Shown: in pieces, positions 47,683 through 56,686 of the stretch
Position numbering within the stretch: position 1 is the first letter of the stretch
How the letters are laid out: every line of letters starts with the position of its first letter
Assembly: GCA_038251135.1 (NCBI GenBank)
Contig: JBBSBR010000002.1
Location: 1 to 59,061 of the forward strand
Direction: 5' to 3'
Length of the DNA stretch: 59,061 nucleotides
Origin: Candidatus Saccharimonadia bacterium
GTDB lineage: Bacteria > Patescibacteriota > Saccharimonadia > UBA4664
Made by a program: the position numbers and the translations under genes
Notes under the pieces: model-generated
What the model was told of the DNA's origin: nothing
What the model saw: only the letters and a program-made list of their open reading frames with translations
The model's database searches: none

Positions 47683-48420
47683 TTAGGGACGAGTCGGATC
47701 GTCCACGATTACCGCCACCACTCCCCGGCTTTTCGCCAATCGCTTGCGCCGGCGCGGCGAATTTACCGTCCAGACCATCACCGGTATCCCGCGGCGGCGG
47801 GCTCCTCTGAGCACCGCCAGATCGGCTAGGAAGTAATGAACTGCCAGGAAATCGGCGGCGGCGGCCACAAAGCGGTCCCAGGGCGCCAGATCTTTCGCGT
47901 GGCTCAGCAGCGACTGAGAGCGTACCGGACTCCCGAGTACCAGCCCGGTGCACGTCTCGGGCGCCAACCGCCGAACTTCGGCCAAGACTGAGACGTAAAA
48001 CGATGAAATCACGTACTCGTTCGGCTTGTAATTGGCCCTTACTACCCGCAAAACTTCGGGCGCCAAGCCTTCTTCTTTGATCTCGATGTTTAGGATGGCC
48101 CGGTGGCCGATATGGTCGAGCGCCTGCTGGAGCGTCACGAGGTTTTCAGCGGGGTAATGTTTAATGGCCTGCGCATAAGACAGCTCGCGCAATCTCCCCC
48201 TTTGAATCTTGCTGTCATGATGAATCACCAGCACCCCGTCGCCCATCGCCCGCACGTCGAACTCTATGATGTGGCTCCGAAGCTCAATTGCACGCTCAAA
48301 GGCCTCCAGAGTGTTCTCCTGGGCGTGTTTGGATGCCCCGCGATGCGCCACGGTGAGCGCGGTGTGGGCCGGCGCGGCCAGGGCCGGGTGCAATTTAGGT
48401 TTATTTGACGGCTGTGACAT
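47683..48420 (-). CDS. ugpQ: Glycerophosphodiester phosphodiesterase (cytoplasmic UgpQ-like)
   Basis: 245 aa. GDPD motifs AHRGAS and ENTLEAFERA...EFDV. No signal peptide. Confidence 0.85.
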   Translation of the reverse strand: MSQPSNKPKLHPALAAPAHTALTVAHRGASKHAQENTLEAFERAIELRSHIIEFDVRAMGDGVLVIHHDSKIQRGRLRELSYAQAIKHYPAENLVTLQQALDHIGHRAILNIEIKEEGLAPEVLRVVRANYKPNEYVISSFYVSVLAEVRRLAPETCTGLVLGSPVRSQSLLSHAKDLAPWDRFVAAAADFLAVHYFLADLAVLRGARRRGIPVMVWTVNSPRRRKRLAKSRGVVAVIVDDPTRP

Positions 48421-48534
48421 ATCCAGTACTCACGTTATCAAAGTTTACCTAAGTGTCCAAGAACCTTTACGCTTATGCTCGACATCAATTTGATGGACAA
48501 GTTATAGTTGGATACAACACGACATTAGAGGAGG

Positions 48535-49029
48535 GTGAGCTTGAATTTTCTCGATCATTTCCCGGACCAGACCTTTGTCCCAGGGAGATACTTCATGTGG
48601 TCGCCTAATAGTAGGACAATCACCTATGATGAGCGGCGATTAAGCACCAACAACGGTAAATTGGCCCTCCTGCACGAGATCGGTCATGCACGACTTGGCC
48701 ACCGAATCTACAAGTACGATATGGAGCTCCTGCGAATGGAGATGGAGGCTTGGGACATTGCCCGCGAACTCGCTCCGGCCGTCGAAGTTACGATCAACGA
48801 AGACCATATAGCTTCAACGATCGCCAGTTACGACGAATGGCTTACCAAGCGGGCGACCTGCCCCGATTGCAATAACTTCAGTCTCCAGCGCGGCCGTGAC
48901 TCCTACGGTTGCTTCGCCTGCGGGGCAAAATGGGTCGTCAACTGGCGCAAGGACCGCCGCGTCAAGCGCACCGTCATCTCACGCTTCATTCCCACGTCCG
49001 AGCTTGCCCGAAACACTGCCGGCGCCTAA
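48535..49029 (+). CDS. ImmA/IrrE-like HExxH metallopeptidase fused to a C-terminal zinc ribbon
   Basis: 164-aa ORF. LLHEIGHARLGH motif, and CPDC-x14-CFAC near the C-terminus. The start is GTG 48535 or, more likely, TTG 48541, which lies 6 nt after GGAGG. Confidence 0.6.
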   Translation: MSLNFLDHFPDQTFVPGRYFMWSPNSRTITYDERRLSTNNGKLALLHEIGHARLGHRIYKYDMELLRMEMEAWDIARELAPAVEVTINEDHIASTIASYDEWLTKRATCPDCNNFSLQRGRDSYGCFACGAKWVVNWRKDRRVKRTVISRFIPTSELARNTAGA

Positions 49030-49045
49030 ATTTGTTCGGATAATC

Positions 49046-49072
49046 AAAAACCCCTCTGCACGAGGGGTTTTT
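49046..49072. terminator. Bidirectional intrinsic terminator
   Basis: AAAAACCCCTC-TGCAC-GAGGGGTTTTT, between convergent genes. Confidence 0.8.
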
Positions 49073-49094
49073 GATATCGGACTACTGTAGCGTA

Positions 49095-49298
49095 TTACGC
49101 TGCGTCGGTAGATTTGGTTCGGCGAGAAGCCTTACCTCCCTTACGACCGGCCTCTACGGCGAGCTCGCGGTTCTTGGCGAATCCGCCGCCGCTCGAGATT
49201 GCACCGCCCTTGCGGCCGATCTGCTCGTAGAAGTTCATTCCGTAACGCTGCTTATTTGTTGCTGCGGCCTTCTGACCACCTGCACGTGTTCCTGCCAT
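49095..49298 (-). CDS. KGG-repeat general stress protein (YciG/GsiB-like)
   Basis: 67 aa. GGFAKNRELAVEAGRKGGKAS matches the stress-induced KGG repeat. Confidence 0.75.
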   Translation of the reverse strand: MAGTRAGGQKAAATNKQRYGMNFYEQIGRKGGAISSGGGFAKNRELAVEAGRKGGKASRRTKSTDAA

Positions 49299-49521
49299 AA
49301 CTTTTCTCCATTACCTTAGGTTATATATTAGCCAATTGTGTGTTGGATCAGCTTTAGTCTTTATCACAGAAAGATGATTATGTTTAACCATTACTTAGTG
49401 AAAATGCCTTAAACTGATTGCTGACACATATTAGCATAAACCGCATATGCTGTCAATAGTTTATATGCTTTGTTGAGGGGCTTACAACGGGCAAACCAGA
49501 TATCTGTTACAATTTTGGTGC

Positions 49522-50019
49522 ATGAAATCCTCACTTGTAATCATTCTTCAAAACCTGCGCAGCGCCCAAAATGTGGGCTCTGTGTTTCGCACTGCCGATG
49601 CGGTGGGAGCGGCGGTCTGGACGGTCGGTATCACGCCCCACCCTCCTATCGAGAATGATACCCGACCGCCCTATGTTGCCGACCGTGCCGAAAGCCTACT
49701 GGCCAAAACGGCACTGGGTGCACAAAGAACCGTACTCCACCGACACTTTGACGAGCTATCTACCGCCATCAAACTTGCTCGGCATGACAATTACATCATA
49801 AGCGCCTTAGAGCAAGCTGAGAGGAGTATTAACCTCTTTGAAGCCCCCATGTCCCCTCTCAGGGCAATCGTCTGTGGCACCGAAGTTGGCGGCCTAACCG
49901 ACGGCGAGCTGGCTCTCTGCGACGAGATCCTGGAAATACCCATGATCGGCGCGAAAGAATCTCTAAATGTATCGGTAGCCGCCGGAATAGCGTTATATTA
50001 CCTATCCGGTATCGGCTAA
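49522..50019 (+). CDS. SpoU/TrmH-family RNA 2'-O-methyltransferase
   Basis: 165 aa. NVGSVFRTADAVG and IPMIGAKESLNVSVAAGIALY motifs. Confidence 0.85.
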   Translation: MKSSLVIILQNLRSAQNVGSVFRTADAVGAAVWTVGITPHPPIENDTRPPYVADRAESLLAKTALGAQRTVLHRHFDELSTAIKLARHDNYIISALEQAERSINLFEAPMSPLRAIVCGTEVGGLTDGELALCDEILEIPMIGAKESLNVSVAAGIALYYLSGIG

Positions 50020-50172
50020 TAATCCATCCTCAAATTGCGGTAATGATCGAGTTATAACCATTACAATGCGATTACACCGACCGTAACATCATCTTCCCAA
50101 CGGGGACACATAGATAATACGGGCAGTCATTATTATCGTCAGTCAGAAGCCTATGACCACCCAAGTTTTGTT

Positions 50173-51138
50173 TTAGGGATGGCTGGCGGTAAGCTGGGCT
50201 AACGTCATATTAGTATAGCCGATAAGTGTCTCTGATCCGTTAACCAATGCCATCATGCGTCCCTGGCCTATAGCCGCGTTGTTGGGATAGGAAGCACTAA
50301 GGTTAAGCCACCAATCACCTCCTGCAGCTGAACCATATTTACCGACTCCGTTCTGTTTAACCGAAAAAGCAATAACAAACTTACCCGTATAGCCGGCAGG
50401 AATTAAAGCCCGATTATCAAAGTAATAATGGAAATTATGGGCGGATGGTATGGGTCCAACCCGAATGCCACCTGTAATCGGTTGTTGTGAAATACCAACC
50501 GATGAATTACCGGAAAAGTCTTCATTATACGCAGCACCCGAGAAGCTCCCCTGCTGATTCAACTTCCAGCCGGAACTGGCTTGCATCCAAACCTTAAAAT
50601 TTGTAATATCAAACGTCGCTGAGGTTGGCGTACTATCGGCTGAGAGGTAAATAATACCCCAGCCAGTTAGGGCCGTGTATCCTGATGGCGCCGAACTAGG
50701 AACTTGGCTGCCCTGCGCCCAATCCCAACTTGAAGGTACACCGTGAGGAAAAATCTCGTTCGTACCGCTAGCGGTCGTAGTTATGCGGTCTATCCAGGCA
50801 ATCGTCCCTACATCCGGGGCAGTTGTTCCACCGGCTATTGGTATTGGAGTTGGTACCGACGTGGCGGCCGGGGTCGATGTGGGGGTTGGGTTTGAGGTGG
50901 GCGCAGGCGATGGTAAGGTTTTATTACCAAACTGCACGATCTTCCCGCCCGAGGCTCCAGTCAGGCTCAGAACGGTGGCACCAGCGCTAAGCGTGCCATT
51001 TTCTGCCTCAAATGCAGTTATCGGGCCGGCGGCAAAGACCCAAACGACGGCGATCACGCCGAAAGCGGCCGTTACGACGATATACGGCACAGCGCGCTGC
51101 CAGATGAATTTAGATCTAAACTGAATCAAGCGCGACAT
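50173..51138 (-). CDS. Signal-anchored secreted protein with an N-terminal CBM-like segment and a Pro/Thr linker
   Basis: 321 aa. N-terminal TM, FEAENGTLSAGATVLSLTGASGGKIVQF (a carbohydrate-binding-module-like signature), then the PSPAPTSNPTPTSTPAATSVPTP linker. 23-nt overlap with the upstream gene. Confidence 0.6.
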   Translation of the reverse strand: MSRLIQFRSKFIWQRAVPYIVVTAAFGVIAVVWVFAAGPITAFEAENGTLSAGATVLSLTGASGGKIVQFGNKTLPSPAPTSNPTPTSTPAATSVPTPIPIAGGTTAPDVGTIAWIDRITTTASGTNEIFPHGVPSSWDWAQGSQVPSSAPSGYTALTGWGIIYLSADSTPTSATFDITNFKVWMQASSGWKLNQQGSFSGAAYNEDFSGNSSVGISQQPITGGIRVGPIPSAHNFHYYFDNRALIPAGYTGKFVIAFSVKQNGVGKYGSAAGGDWWLNLSASYPNNAAIGQGRMMALVNGSETLIGYTNMTLAQLTASHP

Positions 51139-52123
51139 AAGAACCTTTAAAGTTTACTAATTTGACTTCTGACGAGTCCGGCATAATTAAACCGCTCTGC
51201 GGTATTGGAATTGCCGTGGCGACGTCAACATTTCCCCCATGCCCACCCCCCTGACCATCCAGCGGAGGCATTCTATGCCTCCGCTGCCAAACACCCCAAA
51301 GCACACCGGCCAGAACGAGTAATCCCACCAGGTAGAGCGCTGGGTGCGCATTTAAAGAATCGCCCAGTATGTGTAACCAACCATTCGCCACGTTGATAAT
51401 CTTCGTCTGTATAACCTTCTTGCCGTCAGGCGTGGTCTGAACGATCTCGACGGTATGCTTGCCATCTGACAACTTGGTCGTATCGATTTGGTTGCCGGCG
51501 ATAGGTTTGCTATCTACCAGATAGGTCGCGGTACTTCCGGGAACCGAGTTTGCAGGGGTAAGGCTGATTGTACCCGATACCGACGGGTTCGTACCGCTTA
51601 ACCCGCCAACCAATACCGCGGTTGTGGGACTGGGAGTCGATACGGTACTCGCCGTGGCAGAGCAATTCGAGCCGTCACCGATTGGAGAACAACTCGTGTC
51701 GGATAAAAATATCACCTTATCGATCCCGACGCCTGGATCGAGGCCAGCCGCAACGACCGTGTGAATGCCTGCCGTAAGACTCACATTGAACTTGGTGTTT
51801 TGGTTTCCGTTAAGCCAATCTACCCATGTCAGGCCACCCGTTGCAATTGCCCCTCCGTTACCGACCGCCACGTTGCAGGTGTTCTGATCAATCTGCATAT
51901 AGAAACCGTCGTTTCCGGCCGAGGGAGAATAGATGCGCGACCAGACCCGATAGGTACCCGCCGCGGGTACACTTATCGTATTTGTAACGTAGCCTTTATC
52001 GCTCGGTAGAGCTGGGCAAGCAGCCAATGCAGTTGGCACTACAAGGGTCAGGGGTATGGTTAAACTTCCGACAAGCAACGCCGCAAACATACCGCATAAT
52101 GTTACAAACTTTCCCGCCCTCAT
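51116..52123 (-). CDS. Surface protein with a galactose-binding-like/CBM-like domain, an Ig-like region and a C-terminal TM anchor
   Basis: 335 aa. Signal peptide, AGTYRVWSRIYSPSAGNDGFYMQID...GIHTVVAAGLDPGVGIDKVIF, and a C-terminal TM LYLVGLLVLAGVLWGVW followed by a 60-aa tail. Confidence 0.6.
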   Translation of the reverse strand: MRAGKFVTLCGMFAALLVGSLTIPLTLVVPTALAACPALPSDKGYVTNTISVPAAGTYRVWSRIYSPSAGNDGFYMQIDQNTCNVAVGNGGAIATGGLTWVDWLNGNQNTKFNVSLTAGIHTVVAAGLDPGVGIDKVIFLSDTSCSPIGDGSNCSATASTVSTPSPTTAVLVGGLSGTNPSVSGTISLTPANSVPGSTATYLVDSKPIAGNQIDTTKLSDGKHTVEIVQTTPDGKKVIQTKIINVANGWLHILGDSLNAHPALYLVGLLVLAGVLWGVWQRRHRMPPLDGQGGGHGGNVDVATAIPIPQSGLIMPDSSEVKLVNFKGSYVALDSV

Positions 52124-52483
52124 TTACTTGCTCCGCATATTTATTGTAAGCATAATCGAAATAAAGTTATTTAGCTAAATATATGGTCAAATACCGGTGA
52201 TTTTGGCAAGACTTGGACGTTACTGCCCGGCAAATATATTAAATGCGGGTTTCGGTACAAAATCACCCGGATTAGGAACGGTTGACGACGTGCCCGTCAG
52301 ATCAATAATGCCGTAATTTTGCTCAGTTCCGGTGACGATGCCATTCTGGTGCTGATGACATACACGCTTATGCATAATATTAGCTCTAACATACAATACC
52401 AAGCTCGTGTTGTAGAGTCGCTAATATTTGAAAACAAAATACCACCCGGTTTAAGGATGGTCTTTGTGGTTTATTGCAGCTGC

Positions 52484-52735
52484 TTAACGAATATATGGAT
52501 CGAGTACTCCGCGACCCCACTCAAGCTCTTCATTAAGCGTAGATACTCGTTGCGAGAGACTATCTAAGGCATATGCCTTCAACTCGCCCATGGTTACATC
52601 ATTCCGGAGGGTCATCTCGGTGAAATGCTTAATGTGAGGGTCTCTATCCGTAGCTCTAGGCTCGCCAAAAGTATCACGCGCATTAAGAGCTCCATGGCCG
52701 CGCTCTAACACTTCTTTGGCGTCAAAAAGTGTCAT
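52484..52735 (-). CDS. Hypothetical small protein
   Basis: 83-aa ORF. No family recognised. Confidence 0.4.
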   Translation of the reverse strand: MTLFDAKEVLERGHGALNARDTFGEPRATDRDPHIKHFTEMTLRNDVTMGELKAYALDSLSQRVSTLNEELEWGRGVLDPYIR

Positions 52736-52745
52736 GTCACCATCT

Positions 52746-53186
52746 TCAACGCGTTTTTTTTTGTTTTGCTAGAAACATTTCCATAGTAGGTAGCAACGCT
52801 TCCAGACTCCACACGTCGCCCTCTATCTTAGCGAGTTCTTTAGCCTCAAACGGAACCTCCTGCTGAGGATTTTTTTGGATGAGTCGCACCCAACGCTCGA
52901 TTTGCTCTGCGCGGTATTCGTCGCTATTAGCCTGCCCGCCATTACCCCACTTTCTCTCGAATGCGGCCCTACTCATAGTGTCGTCAATTGCATTTGCAAT
53001 TTCGTGAGCCATACCCACGTTCTTTTCGCGGCCGTACTCTTCGCCATGCTCATGTCTAACTTGTGCTGGGTCGTCGTCGCGTTCGCCCTGGATCTTAACC
53101 AGATCGTCGGCTACCTGCGCACCCGCAAACTCATCTTCTTGCGATTTGGACTCGCTGTGCTCGGTTGGATTTGGAGCATCGGCCAT
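52746..53186 (-). CDS. Hypothetical acidic protein
   Basis: 146-aa ORF. Acidic N-terminus. No family recognised. Confidence 0.45.
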   Translation of the reverse strand: MADAPNPTEHSESKSQEDEFAGAQVADDLVKIQGERDDDPAQVRHEHGEEYGREKNVGMAHEIANAIDDTMSRAAFERKWGNGGQANSDEYRAEQIERWVRLIQKNPQQEVPFEAKELAKIEGDVWSLEALLPTMEMFLAKQKKTR

Positions 53187-53250
53187 CAGTAAGTTCCTAG
53201 TTATATCATCAAGTATGCAAAATAAAAACGAGCATTACAATATAAACGCC

Positions 53251-53278
53251 AAAAACCACCCGATAAAGGATGGTTTTT
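53251..53278 (-). terminator. Intrinsic terminator of the 23S-5S operon
   Basis: Minus strand AACCAUCC-UUUAUC-GGGUGGUU followed by UUUUGG. It lies 5 nt after the 5S 3' end. Confidence 0.65.
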
Positions 53279-53283
53279 AGATA

Positions 53284-53393
53284 GTCCGGCACCGAGCTAC
53301 TTTCCCCATAAAGAGTATCATCGCCGCTGCGGGTCTTAACTGCGGTGTTCGGGATGGGAACCGGTGTAACCCCCGCGCTAAAAGCACCGGTCT
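53284..53393 (-). rRNA. rrf: 5S ribosomal RNA
   Basis: The minus strand contains CCGGUUCCCAUCCCGAACACCGCAGUUAAG (loop C / helix III consensus). The terminal helix is CCGGUGC with GUGCCGG. Ends are +/-5 nt. Confidence 0.9.
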
Positions 53394-53845
53394 CGTCGCT
53401 TTCGTTAAGTACGGCACTAAAGGCGGTACAACGTTCCCGGGTAGGGAAAGCGACGGGATCGGCACTCTTAGATTGAGTGCTGAACTTTGCTTGAATGGAT
53501 TAGGCCTAGTGGCCACAAACTGCTAGTCAAACCAAACTCTTACGGGAGCCAATTGCGTAGCTCTCGAAAGAGTGTAAAAAAGTCAATCGACCGATTAGTA
53601 CGCCTCGGCTAAACACATTGCTGTGCGTACACCTAGCGCCTATCAACCAGATAGTCTTTCTGGGGTCTCAAGGGAAATCTAATCTTGAGGTGGGTTTCGC
53701 GCTTATATGCTTTCAGCGCTTATCCCGACCGAACGTAGCTACTGGACAATGCCCTTGGCAGAACAATCCATACACCAGAGGTTCGTTCACTCCGGTCCTC
53801 TCGTACTAGGAGCCAATCCTCTCAAATTTCCTTACGCCCACACCA

Positions 53846-53901
<56 letters not shown>

Positions 53902-53935
53902 TGGCGAACAGCCAAACCCTTGGGAGGTGCTTCCC

Positions 53936-53972
<37 letters not shown>

Positions 53973-54244
53973 AGCTTCGTCGATGTGAACTCTTGGAAGC
54001 TATAAGCCTGTTATCCCCAGGGTAGCTTTTATCCGTTGAGCGCTGCAGATTCCACATTCAAAATGTTGCAGCGGATCACTAACTCCTACTTTCGTACCTG
54101 CTTGGCTTGTAGGCCTCACAGTCAAGCTGGCTTATGCGTTTGCACTATCGATACGATTTCCATCCGTACCTAGCCAACCTTTGAACGCCTCCGTTACTCT
54201 TTAGGAGGCAACCGCCCCAGTTAAACTACCCACCAGACACTGTT

Positions 54245-54434
54245 CCAGTACCGGAATTTGTGCGTGAGGAAATCTAACGAGACAAGTAGTTGCGTTTTAA
54301 GCATTCAACTCTACCCTTCATTGAACACAATTAGTATTCGAAGAATATGTTGAGTTATAGATAAAAGATCTATGTTGCTTACTTATCACTATGCATTTTG
54401 TCTCATCAGTCTCCCGCGCAAATTGCGGTACTGG
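54245..54434 (-). other. 23S insertion 1 (domain V, about E. coli 2200-2220, helix 79 tip): a 20-bp closing helix plus a 150-nt low-GC insert
   Basis: Arms are CCAGTACCGGAATTTGTGCG (54245..54264) and CGCGCAAATTGCGGTACTGG (54415..54434), 18 of 20 complementary. The interior 54265..54414 is 34% GC by hand count, against 53% in the flanking 54181..54240. No ORF. Confidence 0.75.
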
Positions 54435-54663
54435 TTAGGACAAAGTTACAGCAAGGGTGGTATTTCACTGGCGACTCCACCAGAGCTAACGCTCTGGCTT
54501 CAAAGTCTCCCACCTATGCTACACAAGCTGTAACTTGGCCCAATGCCAAGTTGTAGTAAAGCTCCATGGGGTCTTTCCGTCTTGGTGCGGGTAACCGGCA
54601 TCTTTACCGGTACTGCAATTTCACCGAGTCCCTCGTTGAGACAGTGCCCAAATCGTTACGCCA

Positions 54664-54712
<49 letters not shown>

Positions 54713-55084
54713 AGTTATAGTTACTGCCGCCGTTTACTGGGGCTTCATTTCAAAGCTTGCACCTCTCCACTTAACCTTCCAGCACCGGGCAGGCGTCAGT
54801 CCGTATACATCATCTTTCGATTTAGCACAGACCTGTGTTTTTGATAAACAGTCGCTTGGGCTCTTTTGCTGCGGCCTCCCGAAGGAGGCAGACCTTATCC
54901 CGAAGTTACGGTCGCTGTATTGCCGAGTTCCTTAACGAGGGTTCTCTCGTACACCTTGGTCTTCTCGACCCGAGCACCTGAGTCGGTTTGCGGTACGGGC
55001 GGCTATGCCTATTGACTCCACGACTTTTCCTGTCAGCTTGGCTCACTAGAATCACCCCGTAAGGGGCTTTCATTCGCGTCTCAC

Positions 55085-55203
55085 CCCCAGCACACTACAC
55101 TCCACTCGAGCTATGTCGCTATCGCGACAAATCGAGGTTGGGATTACCAACTCTCGAGCTATGTCGCTATCGCGACAAACTCGTGAAGTGCACTGTGCTG
55201 GGG
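55085..55203 (-). other. 23S insertion 2 (domain III, about E. coli 1500-1530)
   Basis: A 10-bp closing stem, CCCCAGCACA (55085..55094) with TGTGCTGGGG (55194..55203), encloses about 100 nt that are absent from E. coli. Confidence 0.7.
55105..55179 (-). repeat. Perfect 27-nt direct repeat (two copies, 48-nt period) inside 23S insertion 2
   Basis: CTCGAGCTATGTCGCTATCGCGACAAA occurs at 55105..55131 and again at 55153..55179. Each copy contains a TGTCGC-TATC-GCGACA hairpin. Confidence 0.85.
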
Positions 55204-56137
55204 ACTACCTGCTTAGACGGATATAGCCAAAAATCCGCTCTAGTTACCATGCCGCGTCATGTGGAGGAACAACATTGCCGGTACGGGAATATCAACCCGT
55301 TGTCCATCGCCTACGCTACTCGCCTCGGCTTAGGACCGACTAACCCTGGGACGATAATCGTGGCCCAGGAAACCTTGCTCTTACGGTGGCAGGGATTCTC
55401 ACCCTGCTTAAAGTTACTTATTCCAGCATTCTCACTTCCCCGCGCTCCACCAGACTTTCCAGTCTGGCTTCACCGCCCGAGGAACGCTCCTCTACCACTA
55501 AACGTCATAAATGACGTTCAATTCGCATCTTCGGCACTATACTTGAGCCCCGTTACATTTTCCGCGCAGAATCACAATTGACCAGTGAGCTGTTACGCAC
55601 TCTTTAAATGCATGGCTGCTTCTAAGCCAACATCCTGGTTGTTTATGCGTTTCCACATCGTTTCCCACTTAGTATAGATTTGGGGGCCTTAGATGGCGAT
55701 CTGGGCTGTTTCCCTTTTGTGCGACGAGCTTAGCCCCGCCGTACTGACTGCCACAATAGTCTCTCCCGGTATTCGCAGTTTGCCAGGGATCAGTACCCTT
55801 GCGGACCATTACCCAAACAGAGCTCTACCCCCAGGAGGTAGTTTGTGACGCTAGCCCTAAAGCTATTTCGAGGAGAACCAGCTATCTCCGAGTTCGATTG
55901 GAATTTCTCCGCTAACCACAGGTCATCCAAGAGTTTTGCAACACTCCCTGGTTCGGTCCTCCACGTAGTTTTACCTACGCTTCAACCTGCCCATGGTTAG
56001 GTCACCCGGTTTCGGGTCTAATCCTACAGACTATTTCGGGTTATTAACCCTCGCTTTCACTACGGCTCCGTCATTTGACTTAACCTAACGCCTGCAAAAT
56101 TAACTCGCTGGATCGTTCTACAAAAAGCACGCCGTCA

Positions 56138-56269
56138 CCACGCTCATCACAACGGATGAACGCGGCAGTACGCAGATCTAAATGTAGCTGGCAACCTTCG
56201 CCTCGTGCTGAGCGAGGTCTGGTTGCCGTTGTCTGCGAACTGCCACTCTCACATACTGTGAAGAGCGCA
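56138..56269 (-). other. 23S insertion 3 (domain I, helix 25, about E. coli 540-555)
   Basis: About 132 nt replace the roughly 14-nt helix-25 tip, between the conserved GAGUCGGAGC and GACGGCGUGCUUUUUGUAG. Internal stems are GGCAGUUCGCAGA with UCUGCGUACUGCC, GGCAACC with GGUUGCC, and CCUCG with CGAGG. Confidence 0.75.
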
Positions 56270-56333
56270 GCTCCGACTCATTGTAGGCACATGATTTCAG
56301 GTTCTATTTCACTCCCCTTCCGGGGTTCTTTTA

Positions 56334-56364
<31 letters not shown>

Positions 56365-56522
56365 ATCATTAGATATATTTAGCCTTGGGAGGTGGTCCTC
56401 CCGGATTCGATCAGGGTTTCACGTGTCCCGACCTACTCGAGAAAACAGATATAAGGGCTAAAGATTTTCGTGTACGGGGCTGGCACCCTCTTTGGCCGAC
56501 CTTTCCAGATCGTTCCACTAAT

Positions 56523-56686
56523 CTTCAACTTTCTTACCTTACCCGGTGATGACAGTCGCCCGGTCGCAATAACGACCACTCATCCAAAAGGACAAGTGCA
56601 CGTTATTGGTCATCTGTAATCTCACAACCCTTATATAGCATTCGCCTGTCAGCTTATTTGCGTGCGAACACGCAAAAGATATATAA
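56523..56686 (-). other. 23S insertion 4 (domain I, about E. coli 275-290)
   Basis: About 164 nt lie between GAAGAGCCAAAAC and AUUAGUGGAACG, where E. coli has about 16 nt. It contains CUUAUAUA with UAUAUAAG, and a UUGCGUG-UUCG-CACGCAA tetraloop hairpin (56658..56675). Confidence 0.7.

Noticed and set aside
52220-52402. 60-aa minus-strand ORF between the hypothetical genes and the surface-protein pair.
   Set aside because: It has a weak SD and no recognisable features, and it sits at the ORF-track size threshold. It could be real, but the support is insufficient to call it.
55105-55179. The 27-nt direct repeat as a CRISPR array.
   Set aside because: There are only two copies, with a 21-nt spacer. 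They are located inside the 23S rRNA, and no cas genes are present in the window.
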